A stretch of 64,000 nt of DNA from Candidatus Kaiserbacteria bacterium (GCA_031430855.1 JANPCG010000010.1:35714-99713), one strand, 5' to 3'. Positions 30,301-37,676 are shown, numbered from the stretch's first letter. Translations and numbers: made by a program. The notes: generated from the letters alone by a model not told the origin.

Positions 30301-30557
30301 GGGCCATTGGTTGTCTCTCGAGCACTACTGGATGTGTAGGGTATCACAGTACTGACGCTACACTTAGCGGTGGTTCTACTCGATTTGCACCACTCGATAG
30401 CTATGCACCACTTGATAGTACTCCAAGAGAAATTATGTTTGGCTCTTTTCCAACGACCGATGTCCATGATATTGTATATAGAGTCAGGGTTCGATCGAGT
30501 CAACCAGCCGGTGACTACGAAACTGAAATCATCTATCTTGCTATTCCAGTCTACTAA
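24390..30557 (+). CDS. Giant surface protein (~2055 aa): N-terminal TM, BNR/sialidase-like propeller region, tandemly duplicated ~350-aa modules, then further jelly-roll-like modules.
   Basis: The preferred start is ATG 24390 (aaagga N3 ATG), within an ORF opening at GTG 24360. The TM is GVTLTLLLTILVSQISFVSFLL. BNR-like Asp-box motifs are present (TTNGGTSWG; WNGSSWSGSW). Two tandem modules each end in YCFRV[TS]NAG.PLPQY. The later modules begin Y.F[RY].D[ND]... Confidence 0.75.
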   Translation: MRNFPAFFGRKNNYSRGVTLTLLLTILVSQISFVSFLLPTVVEAAVVTIDGDANQNSTSHLFSGGQTVFISDQVGYKFFRDNPSAGPCVYRKTTNGGTSWGAAVTVDAQTDCAGIVVWYDQWTPGDFGNSIHIATMDTAAAIDNLFYNRLDTNTDTLLMGTAPANATASSSQGGTYAVGTNAHTITKGTDGTLYLASQDASDSFVVRCSASCNAAGSWTEAGTAPIGLTNDWNILMPLSGGNILLLNRANTLDDIQSKIWNGSSWSGSWTTIDSNAIENTTYDVGMAATIDHSTGDIYLAYAADNDTFTVADHDLRTAKYTSGSWTSGTAVFTNRAGIGLLQTAISVDSNTSTIYLGYTMRTTPGTAASANVYYATGTAALSSWGAEQGPVNTTSANLYGVDFNIMSDERIYASWFDATLFDILGNTVADISPVVKVSTRGIPTASVTASTSNVYLGGTFVIKEGQTTRNVTDIVISESGTIDAENAIKNVSLYYDLDTTAPYDCASESYVGSESKYGSTDTNGFSSANGVSSFVDVVSISATQALCVYVAADVTDAALDGSTVRLSVSNPPSDVLVSGGAIATPLIPVGFVAGTNVFNDQLSQGHYQFRNDNGNEAGATSATGGTQDTPLGAIQPNSPKRLRIAVSNEGSISTPVTQFRLEYAVAAPTCDVASSWTDVGATNDAWNMFDSTFVTDGSNTTDIATSTGGTTNENTTFLTPNGGVRDTTSQTGSLTLTNANFVELEYSIVASTTAIEGATYCFRVTNAGAPLPQYLVYPSATISADATLSAAGSQVTSAVIPELNLYVGGKFGIRENLSSRTVTNITITETGSVDGQLNLDNIRIAYDLDTSAPYDCASESYVGGEAQFGAIDTNGFSSANGSSTFAGSVSITTTQSICAYVVLDVVSSALNDDTVKIGIASGGNDITVSSGSVSPSTPVSLTGTTTLSGSVVAQTAYHFRNDNGSETGATSASGGIENTQVTNHSQNTQIRLRLGVSNEGVATSTNAFYRLEFGPKITTCSSVAIWTSVGAAADDWNMFNSPNITEGNNTTNIATSSGGVTDGNTSFLVVNGGLRDTSATTSAITLSSTQFTELEYSITSSALTAFNTTYCFRVSNAGNPLPQYDTYAEITTAPARDFKVQRGDVVITSTSSTLVAGVDYVAPTASSTAFIRITNAHHTGAGRITLGAAQNARDVTAYIVNPTNIQTSVTIARPAFTLNNTRVSWEIVEFIAATGTDNEMIVRSAGSLQMPTASTSATGTAISSVVDDSKVVVFITGLYNRDAGRNVYYAGQITTSWDATNNRPIFTRGAGGAIIDVSYAVVEYTGINWQIQRIEHTYSATNTIETKAIAPVNSLARTFIHSQKRVGALGNVDNFGHEVWLSSIGAVSFRLEAGASTPTSHVSVAWVIENQQTSAGAMKVQRSNGNTTDGTEPVVLAVDIFTPIAALNNSSIFLNTRVVGANSNFPLPMAGASIVSTSSYNIWRSEATGGLLTYRTEIVEWPTNGLAVRQNYYRFYSDNNALIPTDAWPPGPTNLGENTSITALDEPLGDGDRVRLRMTARVANANLPAGLYDFKLQYGQRISSCSAIASWSDVGSTTSGTIWRGYNAPGVTNGVVLSTDPPTGGDLLLSVSDVAGNYVELNPSPTNPYIVEPGEDVEFDWHLEDNGALERTSYCFRMIKSDGATLDGYFNYPQIRTASFTPAGKKWRWYDDTENETPSTPLSAEEVAPIEIGANNPIALRITVDEIKNVQGLNIKFKLQFDESSLFTNPRDVVATSSCVATSTWCYSTGGGVNNTKVTSRVLSDSDPCIASVGIGCGTHNNSPTYTTGDTHPSGALREYSFYLEQRSARVGAVYYFRLYETLNSLPVAPASTSTYPSLVAESATLFLTVSGLPAGTTTAGVVTAASSTPNTIAFGSLPLNTDVNAAHRVTLDTNATQGYRVLTYARQQLINSYNTAIPSIIGSNATPTSWAIGCLSSTTGCVGYHSTDATLSGGSTRFAPLDSYAPLDSTPREIMFGSFPTTDVHDIVYRVRVRSSQPAGDYETEIIYLAIPVY
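25700..27795 (+). repeat. Tandem duplication of a ~1.05 kb (~350 aa) module within the giant gene.
   Basis: Copy 1 (YLGGTFVIKEGQTTRNVTDIVISESGTIDAENAIKNVSLYYDLDTTAPYDCASESYVGSESKYGSTDTNGFSSANG...) and copy 2 (YVGGKFGIRENLSSRTVTNITITETGSVDGQLNLDNIRIAYDLDTSAPYDCASESYVGGEAQFGAIDTNGFSSANG...) align over their full length. Confidence 0.6.
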
Positions 30558-30566
30558 CTTTCGTTT

Positions 30567-31562
30567 ATGAAAAATTATTTTCCTCTCCTTATCGCGACTA
30601 TAGTAATACTGTCTCCGTTTAGTCATCTGCAGGCTGCTGATTACGGTATTTCTCCACTTATTATTGATCGAAATATTGAAGCGCGCGAAAGTTTTGAAGA
30701 AACCGTTAAAATTACCAATTCAAGTGATCGAAAGTTACGTCTCTTTCCTACGGTGAATGAAATTACAGTTGGTTCAGATGGGGAAATTCTTGATTTTGTA
30801 CCGGCTTCAATGAGTAATAACGCTACTAGTGTCACCAGTTGGATCGCAGTAACTCGTGGACGGGTAGAAATAAATCCCGGAGAAACCATTAAAGTGCCGG
30901 TTACCGTATCAGTTAGTCCGACTGCCGTGCCTGGTGAATACCACGCTTTTATCGGATTTGCTGAGGGGTCAAAACGAGACGAAGCAGAGTTAAAAGTTCA
31001 AAATGGAAGTGCTCCAGGAGTTGTCGTGCGTTTGTCCTTGAGTGAAAAGAGAAGTGAATACCTCCGTCTCCAAAAATTTTCGGTGGCCCGGTTTGTCACA
31101 AAACCCGAAGATACAGAGCTTACGTATGTGATAGAAAACGTTGGTGAAAAACCCTTGACGCCAAAAGGTGAAATTATATTTTATGATGTCCGTGGGTCTG
31201 AAAAAGCTACTCTCCCGGTAAATCCTGAACAGTTTGAAATACGAGCTCAGTCTTCTAAAGAATTCGTTGCGACAATTCCCGCAATTGGAGCCATTGGAAA
31301 ACATAAAGCCTTTATTAACATTGAATACGGATCAACACAAAGGGCTAATTTGTATGATACTACTTATTTTAATATTGTCCCTTTAAAGATTTTGATTAGT
31401 TTGTTCATTTCTTTTTTGGTAGTTTCAATACTGCTCGCACTTTACTATCACCGTCGTACCACGAAACATTCAGTTCGAGATGAGGAAGAAGGAGTAAGTG
31501 TCTACGTACGCAGTGGAGTGTCATCAAGTGATAAAGATCATGATATCAATCTCAAACAATAG
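30567..31562 (+). CDS. Signal peptide, beta-rich ectodomain and C-terminal TM (paralog 2 of 3).
   Basis: The signal peptide is LLIATIVILSPFSHLQA, with ADYGISPLIID after cleavage. The C-terminal TM is ILISLFISFLVVSILLALYYHRR. It is 9 nt downstream of the giant gene and has the same architecture as 14553. Confidence 0.65.
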   Translation: MKNYFPLLIATIVILSPFSHLQAADYGISPLIIDRNIEARESFEETVKITNSSDRKLRLFPTVNEITVGSDGEILDFVPASMSNNATSVTSWIAVTRGRVEINPGETIKVPVTVSVSPTAVPGEYHAFIGFAEGSKRDEAELKVQNGSAPGVVVRLSLSEKRSEYLRLQKFSVARFVTKPEDTELTYVIENVGEKPLTPKGEIIFYDVRGSEKATLPVNPEQFEIRAQSSKEFVATIPAIGAIGKHKAFINIEYGSTQRANLYDTTYFNIVPLKILISLFISFLVVSILLALYYHRRTTKHSVRDEEEGVSVYVRSGVSSSDKDHDINLKQ

Positions 31563-33192
31563 TCGCCTGTTCATTTTGTTAGCGCTTGCTTTTATTATCA
31601 GTTTAACACTGACTAATTTTGCATTGGCTGAGACTCCAACTACACAAACATTAAGTGTTTCTCCGACGTTGTTTCAGATGAGTGTTAATCCCAGTCAAGC
31701 TTGGGTGAGTGAACTACGTGTCACAAATGTTAATGATTTCGATATTACCATTTACCCGCAAGTGGTTAATTTCGCTCCTTTGGGTGAGAGCGGGAGGGGA
31801 GATTTGATTCCTGTTTTTACCTCAGAAACCAAAGGATCTACGCTTGCTGAATGGATAAAGCTTGATCCTGTTGGTGTTCTGGTTCCGAAACAAGAAACCA
31901 AGACGCTCTCTTTTTCTGTCAACGTTCCTCCAACCGCAGCGCCCGGAGGTCATTATGCAGCAATATTGATTGGCACAAAACCGCCAACCGCTGTTACCGG
32001 TAAATCACAAGTCCAAACAGCTCAGTTTGTAACCTCATTGTTTTTTGTCCGGGTAGCGGGTGATGTTACCGAAAAGGGAATGATCCGAGAATTCAGAACC
32101 ACCGAAAAACTACTCGATACCCCTCACGTTACGTTTGAATTACGATTTGAAAATGAAGGAAATGTTCACCTTCAACCACAGGGTGACATCGTTATCAGTA
32201 ATATGTGGGGTGAGGAGCGGGGAATTATCCCAATTAATCAACAAACTCATTTCGGTAATGTCCTCCCACAAAGTGTCCGTAAATTCGAGTTTACTTGGTC
32301 TGGTGTCGCTTCAGTATTTGATATTGGGCGGTATAAGGCGATTGCTACATTGGGCTACGGTGAAGAATCAAAGAATTTTGTAACCAGTACTACCTATTTT
32401 TGGATTGTACCGATTCAGCAAATACTTATCACCCTGATTGTGATGGGGTTCCTCATATGGTTGTTTACCTTTGCGGTGAGAATGTACGTGCGTCGGATGC
32501 TTACTCTCGCTGGTATCGAACCGCGTACTATGTATACAGAGAAAACGGGAGCTATTACTGCCGTTAGGGCAGACAAGACCGTGATTATTAAGCGTTATCG
32601 CACTGTAGCCGCTCCGGTAATAATTGGACTTAGAGAACTTAAAAAACAGTTATTTTCTGAAACCAATATGCGTGCCCGCATGAAGGTGATTCTTCAGTCA
32701 TTCTACCGGTATAGACTCTTAGTAGGTACTGTTCTGGGATTTTTTGTTGTTGTGTTCTTTGTAATTCTTTTTATTCAAAGTGTTACCAAACCAGATGCAC
32801 CTTATAGTGTTACGATTACGAATCCGGATTCAAGCGTTACTCTTTCTTCCGAACAAATAATTTATAATGATCTTGAAAAAACAAAAACTGACACGAAGGG
32901 GGCTACTACTTCCGAACAAAACTTTGCAATCAAAGTCATAAATGTAAGTGGCATAACTGGTCAAGCAGCAAGGGCTCGGCTTAGTCTTGAGTCCGCAGGC
33001 TATGCAGTGAGTGAAATTGGGACTGACCCAACCCGTATCGAAGAAAAGTCAGCTATTGTATACAACGGCGTACCTCCAAAAACAGTACTTGAGATTAGTA
33101 AACTCCTTAATAACGCACTCCCTTCAGCGAGTGCTGAAATTGATATTGATACGGTCGTTATATACGTCGGGACAGACATCGCAGAAGACTAG
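31540..33192 (+). CDS. Paralog 3: signal peptide, beta-rich ectodomain, two TM helices and a C-terminal LytR_C-like (LCP C-terminal) domain.
   Basis: The signal peptide is RLFILLALAFIISLTLTNFALA. The ectodomain (TQTLSVSPTLFQMSVNP...) resembles 14553 and 30567. The TM helices are ILITLIVMGFLIWLFTFAV and LLVGTVLGFFVVVFFVILFI. The C-terminal block AIKVINVSGITGQAARARLSLESAGYAV...IVYNG fits the LytR_C pattern. The start overlaps the previous gene by 23 nt. Confidence 0.6.
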   Translation: MISISNNSRLFILLALAFIISLTLTNFALAETPTTQTLSVSPTLFQMSVNPSQAWVSELRVTNVNDFDITIYPQVVNFAPLGESGRGDLIPVFTSETKGSTLAEWIKLDPVGVLVPKQETKTLSFSVNVPPTAAPGGHYAAILIGTKPPTAVTGKSQVQTAQFVTSLFFVRVAGDVTEKGMIREFRTTEKLLDTPHVTFELRFENEGNVHLQPQGDIVISNMWGEERGIIPINQQTHFGNVLPQSVRKFEFTWSGVASVFDIGRYKAIATLGYGEESKNFVTSTTYFWIVPIQQILITLIVMGFLIWLFTFAVRMYVRRMLTLAGIEPRTMYTEKTGAITAVRADKTVIIKRYRTVAAPVIIGLRELKKQLFSETNMRARMKVILQSFYRYRLLVGTVLGFFVVVFFVILFIQSVTKPDAPYSVTITNPDSSVTLSSEQIIYNDLEKTKTDTKGATTSEQNFAIKVINVSGITGQAARARLSLESAGYAVSEIGTDPTRIEEKSAIVYNGVPPKTVLEISKLLNNALPSASAEIDIDTVVIYVGTDIAED

Positions 33193-33239
33193 GTGTATAC
33201 TTATGGTGATGATTACCCATTTGTCTAACTAAAATTATT

Positions 33240-33722
33240 ATGTCAACGAAAGCAATAGTATTGTCGCTTGTACTTTTTGTCATTATTGTCAGTGGCATGT
33301 TTGGGTTTGCTTATCTTAAAAAATCTGAAATTAAAAATCTTCCAGAAGAACAGCCAACAAATGCTGCTACAGGCACTCTTAATCGTTATGGAATTGCTCG
33401 TATTGAGGCAACGCACTTTTACATAGACGGAACACATACTATTGTCGGTGAATTATCGTTTCCAACTCCGTGTGATCTCCTAACTACCGATGTTCAGATT
33501 GCAGAATCAATGCCAGAACAAATCACTTTTTTGTTTGATGTCATTAATAATTCTGAAATGTGTGCACAGGTTGTCACTACGCAACGATTCAAGATAGAAG
33601 CAACAGCGAGCGATGCAGCCTCACTGAGCGCTACGTTTATGGGGCAAAGAGTAGAGCTAAACCTTAAAGAAGCAACACCAGGAGAGACTCCCGATGATTT
33701 TGAAGTTTTTATTAAAGGCTAA
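33240..33722 (+). CDS. Hypothetical membrane-anchored protein (160 aa).
   Basis: The N-terminal TM is AIVLSLVLFVIIVSGMFGFAYL. I recognised no motif. Confidence 0.5.
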   Translation: MSTKAIVLSLVLFVIIVSGMFGFAYLKKSEIKNLPEEQPTNAATGTLNRYGIARIEATHFYIDGTHTIVGELSFPTPCDLLTTDVQIAESMPEQITFLFDVINNSEMCAQVVTTQRFKIEATASDAASLSATFMGQRVELNLKEATPGETPDDFEVFIKG

Positions 33723-33749
33723 ATAATTAATTAATGTACCGCGCGTAGT

Positions 33750-34304
33750 ATGAGAAAAAGTTATATCGTAACGTTACTTGTATTGAGTGTACTCATCGCA
33801 TTCGCAGTAGGAGTAGCTTACTATATACATGACAAGGCAGTCCGTGAAGAAGCCAACCAAGCCGATGAAACACTATTCTCAGACGCTGGTGAGTCACCTT
33901 ACGTTGATAAAAACGGTAACGGAGTATCGCTAGAAGGCAATCTTGGAAAAGTTATTGTGGTTAATTCATGGGCTAGTTGGAGTCCGTTTTCAGTCGAGGA
34001 ACTACAGTCATTGAATCAGTTTGCTTCAGAATATAAAGATAAAAATGTGGTAGTGATAGCTGTAAATCGAAAAGAAACTAAAGAGCAAGCAGAGCGTTTC
34101 CTCGCCACCTTGCCACCGCTCGAAAACCTTCAGATAGTAATTGATACGAAAGATTTTTTTTACGGAGCGGTGGGCGGGTACGCCATGCCTGAAACGGTAT
34201 TTTATGATTCACGCGGAACTATAATTGAACATAGACAAGGAGCGGTGTCTCTTGAAGACACAAAACGTATCGTTGATTCCATTATTAACACAACCGAAGA
34301 GTAG
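33750..34304 (+). CDS. TlpA/ResA-like thioredoxin-fold protein with the CxxC active site replaced by SxxS.
   Basis: There is an N-terminal TM anchor. The block GKVIVVNSWASWSPFSVEEL...KDKNVVVIAVN aligns with the TlpA motif VNFWATWCGPC...V.V..D, with both cysteines replaced by Ser. Confidence 0.65.
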   Translation: MRKSYIVTLLVLSVLIAFAVGVAYYIHDKAVREEANQADETLFSDAGESPYVDKNGNGVSLEGNLGKVIVVNSWASWSPFSVEELQSLNQFASEYKDKNVVVIAVNRKETKEQAERFLATLPPLENLQIVIDTKDFFYGAVGGYAMPETVFYDSRGTIIEHRQGAVSLEDTKRIVDSIINTTEE

Positions 34305-34361
34305 GTTCTCCCACTTACGCAGCTAGTCCTTTTGTACTCAGGTTGATATAGTATAGATACC

Positions 34362-35423
34362 ATGAAGCACGCACGTTTTATTGAATTTACGTTCTTTTAT
34401 ATAGCACTTGCTCTAGTGGGTTATATTGTGTGGCAAATTTTTGCTCCATTTGTTTCTGCTTTGGCACTTTCGGCAATTATTGTCGTAGTTTGTTTTCCTC
34501 TCTTTGAATTTCTGCTTCGTTTTGTAGCTCGAAATAATCGTTCTTTTGCTGCGTTCCTTACCACCATTTTTGTGTTTTGCGTTATTGTTACGCCGATCTT
34601 CTTTGCTTCAACACTGCTCGTGAACGAATTTGTTTCTTTTTATCGAAGTATGGACACGACGTCCCAACTTCCAATTGACCAAGCTCTCTCTGGAGTCGAA
34701 ACTAGATTACAGCAGTACATACCAGGCTTTGATATTAATCTGTCCGGTCAAGTTAAAGAAAGTATTTCTTGGTTTACGAGCAATATCGGTAATATTTTCG
34801 CAGGAACTGTTTCAGTCATATTTACGTTTTTAATTGGGATGTTGGGTTCATTCTATTTGTTTCGTGATGGTAAACGACTGGTATTGTGGTTCATAAGTGT
34901 GAGTCCACTGAAAGATGGAGAGGATGCGGAAATACTCAATCGCGTAGCTCGTTCAGTTCGCTCAGTCGTGATGGGTACAGTTCTTGTAGCAATTATTCAG
35001 GGTATCACCGCATCAATTGGTTTTAGTATCTTTGGCATTGACCGTCCAATATTATGGGGTTCAATTGCAGCACTTGGAGCCTTACTACCAGGAATTGGTA
35101 CTGCCGGCATCATGGTTCCGGCAATCGCGTACCTGTTTTATGTTGGATATATCCCTGGCGCCGTTGGCCTTATTATTTGGGCGGTTGCGACCATCGTTAT
35201 TGTCGACAATTTTGTTGGACCGTACCTCATGAGTCGGGGCAATAACCTCCATCCGTTTGTTGTTTTAATTTCTGTGCTTGGAGGAATATCTTTGTTTGGA
35301 CCAATTGGATTTATCCTCGGACCTGTATTTATTAGTTTATTCATGGTATTACTTGAACTCTACGGTGTGTACATGAACGACGACCCAAAAGATAACCCCC
35401 GGCTGATAAAAAAACGAAAATAA
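34362..35423 (+). CDS. AI-2E family transporter (PerM/UPF0118).
   Basis: There are about 8 predicted TM helices. The size (~350 aa) is characteristic, and the conserved C-terminal region reads GLIIWAVATIVIVDNFVGPYLMSRGNNLHPFVVLISVLGG. Confidence 0.75.
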   Translation: MKHARFIEFTFFYIALALVGYIVWQIFAPFVSALALSAIIVVVCFPLFEFLLRFVARNNRSFAAFLTTIFVFCVIVTPIFFASTLLVNEFVSFYRSMDTTSQLPIDQALSGVETRLQQYIPGFDINLSGQVKESISWFTSNIGNIFAGTVSVIFTFLIGMLGSFYLFRDGKRLVLWFISVSPLKDGEDAEILNRVARSVRSVVMGTVLVAIIQGITASIGFSIFGIDRPILWGSIAALGALLPGIGTAGIMVPAIAYLFYVGYIPGAVGLIIWAVATIVIVDNFVGPYLMSRGNNLHPFVVLISVLGGISLFGPIGFILGPVFISLFMVLLELYGVYMNDDPKDNPRLIKKRK

Positions 35424-35424
35424 C

Positions 35425-35859
35425 ATGATTGAAAAACGAAACATTGAAACGTTTATGCGCATTAATGGCATAGAGCCGTCTGCTAAAGATGAGGAGATTC
35501 GTTCAGTACTCATTAGTGCGCGATGGAATGAAAATGAAGTTGATACGGCGTTAATGGTCTTAAAAGAAAATACCACCACCAAGCTAACACATGTAGATAC
35601 GCTTCATAAAGTTTTTAATACCAATGGAAGACTTACTTCTGCTGAAATTAGTACACTTTTGGGGATTGATGTTGAGCTTACAAACGAAGATGTGGGCGAC
35701 ATAAATTTAAAGCGTGCTCGGATTGAGCGTGCTCAAGGACTGCTTTCGTTTGGTCTTTCAATTGTTATCGCGTTAACCAGTATAGGCTATTTGATGTATC
35801 AGGAAAAAGCGGGAATTTTTAACGAAAACCCAGTATTATCTGATAATGTCCCGCTTTAA
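35425..35859 (+). CDS. Hypothetical tail-anchored protein (144 aa).
   Basis: The single C-terminal TM is LLSFGLSIVIALTSIGYLMY. The ATG overlaps the upstream stop region. Confidence 0.5.
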   Translation: MIEKRNIETFMRINGIEPSAKDEEIRSVLISARWNENEVDTALMVLKENTTTKLTHVDTLHKVFNTNGRLTSAEISTLLGIDVELTNEDVGDINLKRARIERAQGLLSFGLSIVIALTSIGYLMYQEKAGIFNENPVLSDNVPL

Positions 35860-36964
35860 TTTACTCCTTTTTTTACTTATATGCAGTACGACTTTAGTAT
35901 TTAGTTCGTACTCTTTTGCTCAATTACAAGAACTGGCGGTAACCATAGACAATATTGGGGCAGAATCTATTGTATTTGATGTGCCTGAACTTCGTAGTCA
36001 GAATAATGAAGTACATCCTATTCCAAAGCCCATACTTTTCACTGGTGATATTCTTTTAGCCCGTCATGTTGAATATTTAATGAACCAAAATGGAGCAACC
36101 TATCCCTTCAGACAATTGACGACATTGTTTGCCAGTAGTTCGTATGTTATTGCAAATTTTGAAGCCGCCATCCCTCTCGTGCATCAAAAAACTCCAAATG
36201 GAAAAATGGTTTTTTCGGTGCCTTCCTCTTCAGCTGCAGTGTTATATGATGCGGGGGTCACACATGTTTCTTTAGCAAACAACCATGCAATCGATCAAGG
36301 TACTACTGGATACCTAAACACGAGAGCTATTTTAACTGACGCAAACATAACACCCTTTGGTCATCCAGTGACACTTTCCTCTTCTTCAATTACTTTTATA
36401 AACTATGGTGAGGTAAAAATTAGTATCATTGGTATTCATACATTATTCAAAACTCCTGATATCACTACTCTCACTTCGCTACTAGGTTACATGGCTTCAA
36501 ATAGCGATATACAAATAGCCTATATGCACTGGGGTAATGAATATCAACCTAAACACAGTCTTAAGGAGCGAGTACTGGCTGAAACGGTAATTGAGAAGGG
36601 AATAGACGCGATCATTGGTCACCATCCACACGTAACACAGGACATTGAAGTTATTAACAATGTCCCCATATTCTATTCATTAGGAAATCTAATTTTTGAT
36701 CAGTATTTTTCACTCGAAGTACAACAAGGATACATGCTACAGCTTTCTGTTAACGAAAAAAATTTCCAATTTGATCTTCTTCCGGTAACAAGCGTAGGAA
36801 CAAAAGCTCAGCCACGGGTAATGAATCAGCAAGAAAAGGACGTTTTTTTGACTGACCTAGCAACTCGTAGTCAGCCGGAATTAGCAGAAAATATCAAGCG
36901 AGGTAGGGTTATTATTGATCGAACGCTTGCAACATCGACCAAAAACAGTATTATTTCATTATAA
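35846..36964 (+). CDS. CapA/PgsA-family metallophosphoesterase-like protein (poly-gamma-glutamate capsule synthesis type).
   Basis: It has a signal peptide. The motifs are GDILLARHV, ANFEAAI, SLANNHAIDQG, HWGNEYQ, IIGHHPHV and SLGNLIFDQ. Confidence 0.75.
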   Translation: MSRFNLLLFLLICSTTLVFSSYSFAQLQELAVTIDNIGAESIVFDVPELRSQNNEVHPIPKPILFTGDILLARHVEYLMNQNGATYPFRQLTTLFASSSYVIANFEAAIPLVHQKTPNGKMVFSVPSSSAAVLYDAGVTHVSLANNHAIDQGTTGYLNTRAILTDANITPFGHPVTLSSSSITFINYGEVKISIIGIHTLFKTPDITTLTSLLGYMASNSDIQIAYMHWGNEYQPKHSLKERVLAETVIEKGIDAIIGHHPHVTQDIEVINNVPIFYSLGNLIFDQYFSLEVQQGYMLQLSVNEKNFQFDLLPVTSVGTKAQPRVMNQQEKDVFLTDLATRSQPELAENIKRGRVIIDRTLATSTKNSIISL

Positions 36965-36973
36965 TTTTCTATT

Positions 36974-37510
36974 ATGTTTAACAAATTCGAACTTATTGGG
37001 ATTGGTGCGAGTATTATGTCTATGGCGTTTGCTTTGTATTTAGTTAACCTTGAAACGTCGTCTCTCGCTCAGGTTACAGGTAGTAGTAATGCGGCCCAAA
37101 GTGCGCTGATTGTCGTTGGAAGCGAAGACGATAATAAGAATGCACTTCGAGACGCTCTCTTAGAAGGAACGACTGCAAATGGTACCGTTAATAAGCTCAT
37201 TATCGATGATGTGGTAATTGGTGCTGGAGACGAAGTGGTAATCGGAAATACTGTTATCGTTCACTATATTGGCACTCTTCAAAATGGTCAGGAATTTGAT
37301 AACTCTAATAAACGAGGTACTCCATTTGAATTTACGGTTGGTGCAGGAAAGGTTATTCCAGGCTGGGAAGAAGGTATTATCGGTATGAAAGTAGGTGGAA
37401 AACGTATCATTGTCATTCCTGCTGAAAAAGGCTACGGAAAAGAAGGATTCGGTCCGATTCCTGGTGGGGCTACTCTCGTCTTTTCTCTCGAACTCTTGGA
37501 GATAAAGTAG
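36974..37510 (+). CDS. FKBP-type peptidyl-prolyl cis-trans isomerase.
   Basis: It has an N-terminal TM anchor. The FKBP core reads GDEVVIGNTVIVHYIGTLQNGQEFDNSNKRGTPFEFTVGAGKVIPGWEEGIIGMKVGGKRIIVIPAEKGYG...GGATLVFSLELLEI. Confidence 0.85.
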   Translation: MFNKFELIGIGASIMSMAFALYLVNLETSSLAQVTGSSNAAQSALIVVGSEDDNKNALRDALLEGTTANGTVNKLIIDDVVIGAGDEVVIGNTVIVHYIGTLQNGQEFDNSNKRGTPFEFTVGAGKVIPGWEEGIIGMKVGGKRIIVIPAEKGYGKEGFGPIPGGATLVFSLELLEIK

Positions 37511-37676
37511 GTAAAATTACTGCATCTACTTTGTCGCACTTCAAGTAATATTTTCATCGTACAAGTAAGTACGTTTCAAATATTATTTATCATGCTCCGC
37601 GTATCTACAGCAATTTAGCAAACTTTGTTCATATTTTCTTAAAGCATTTTTCAATTCACCTTTGCCTATTTAATTT

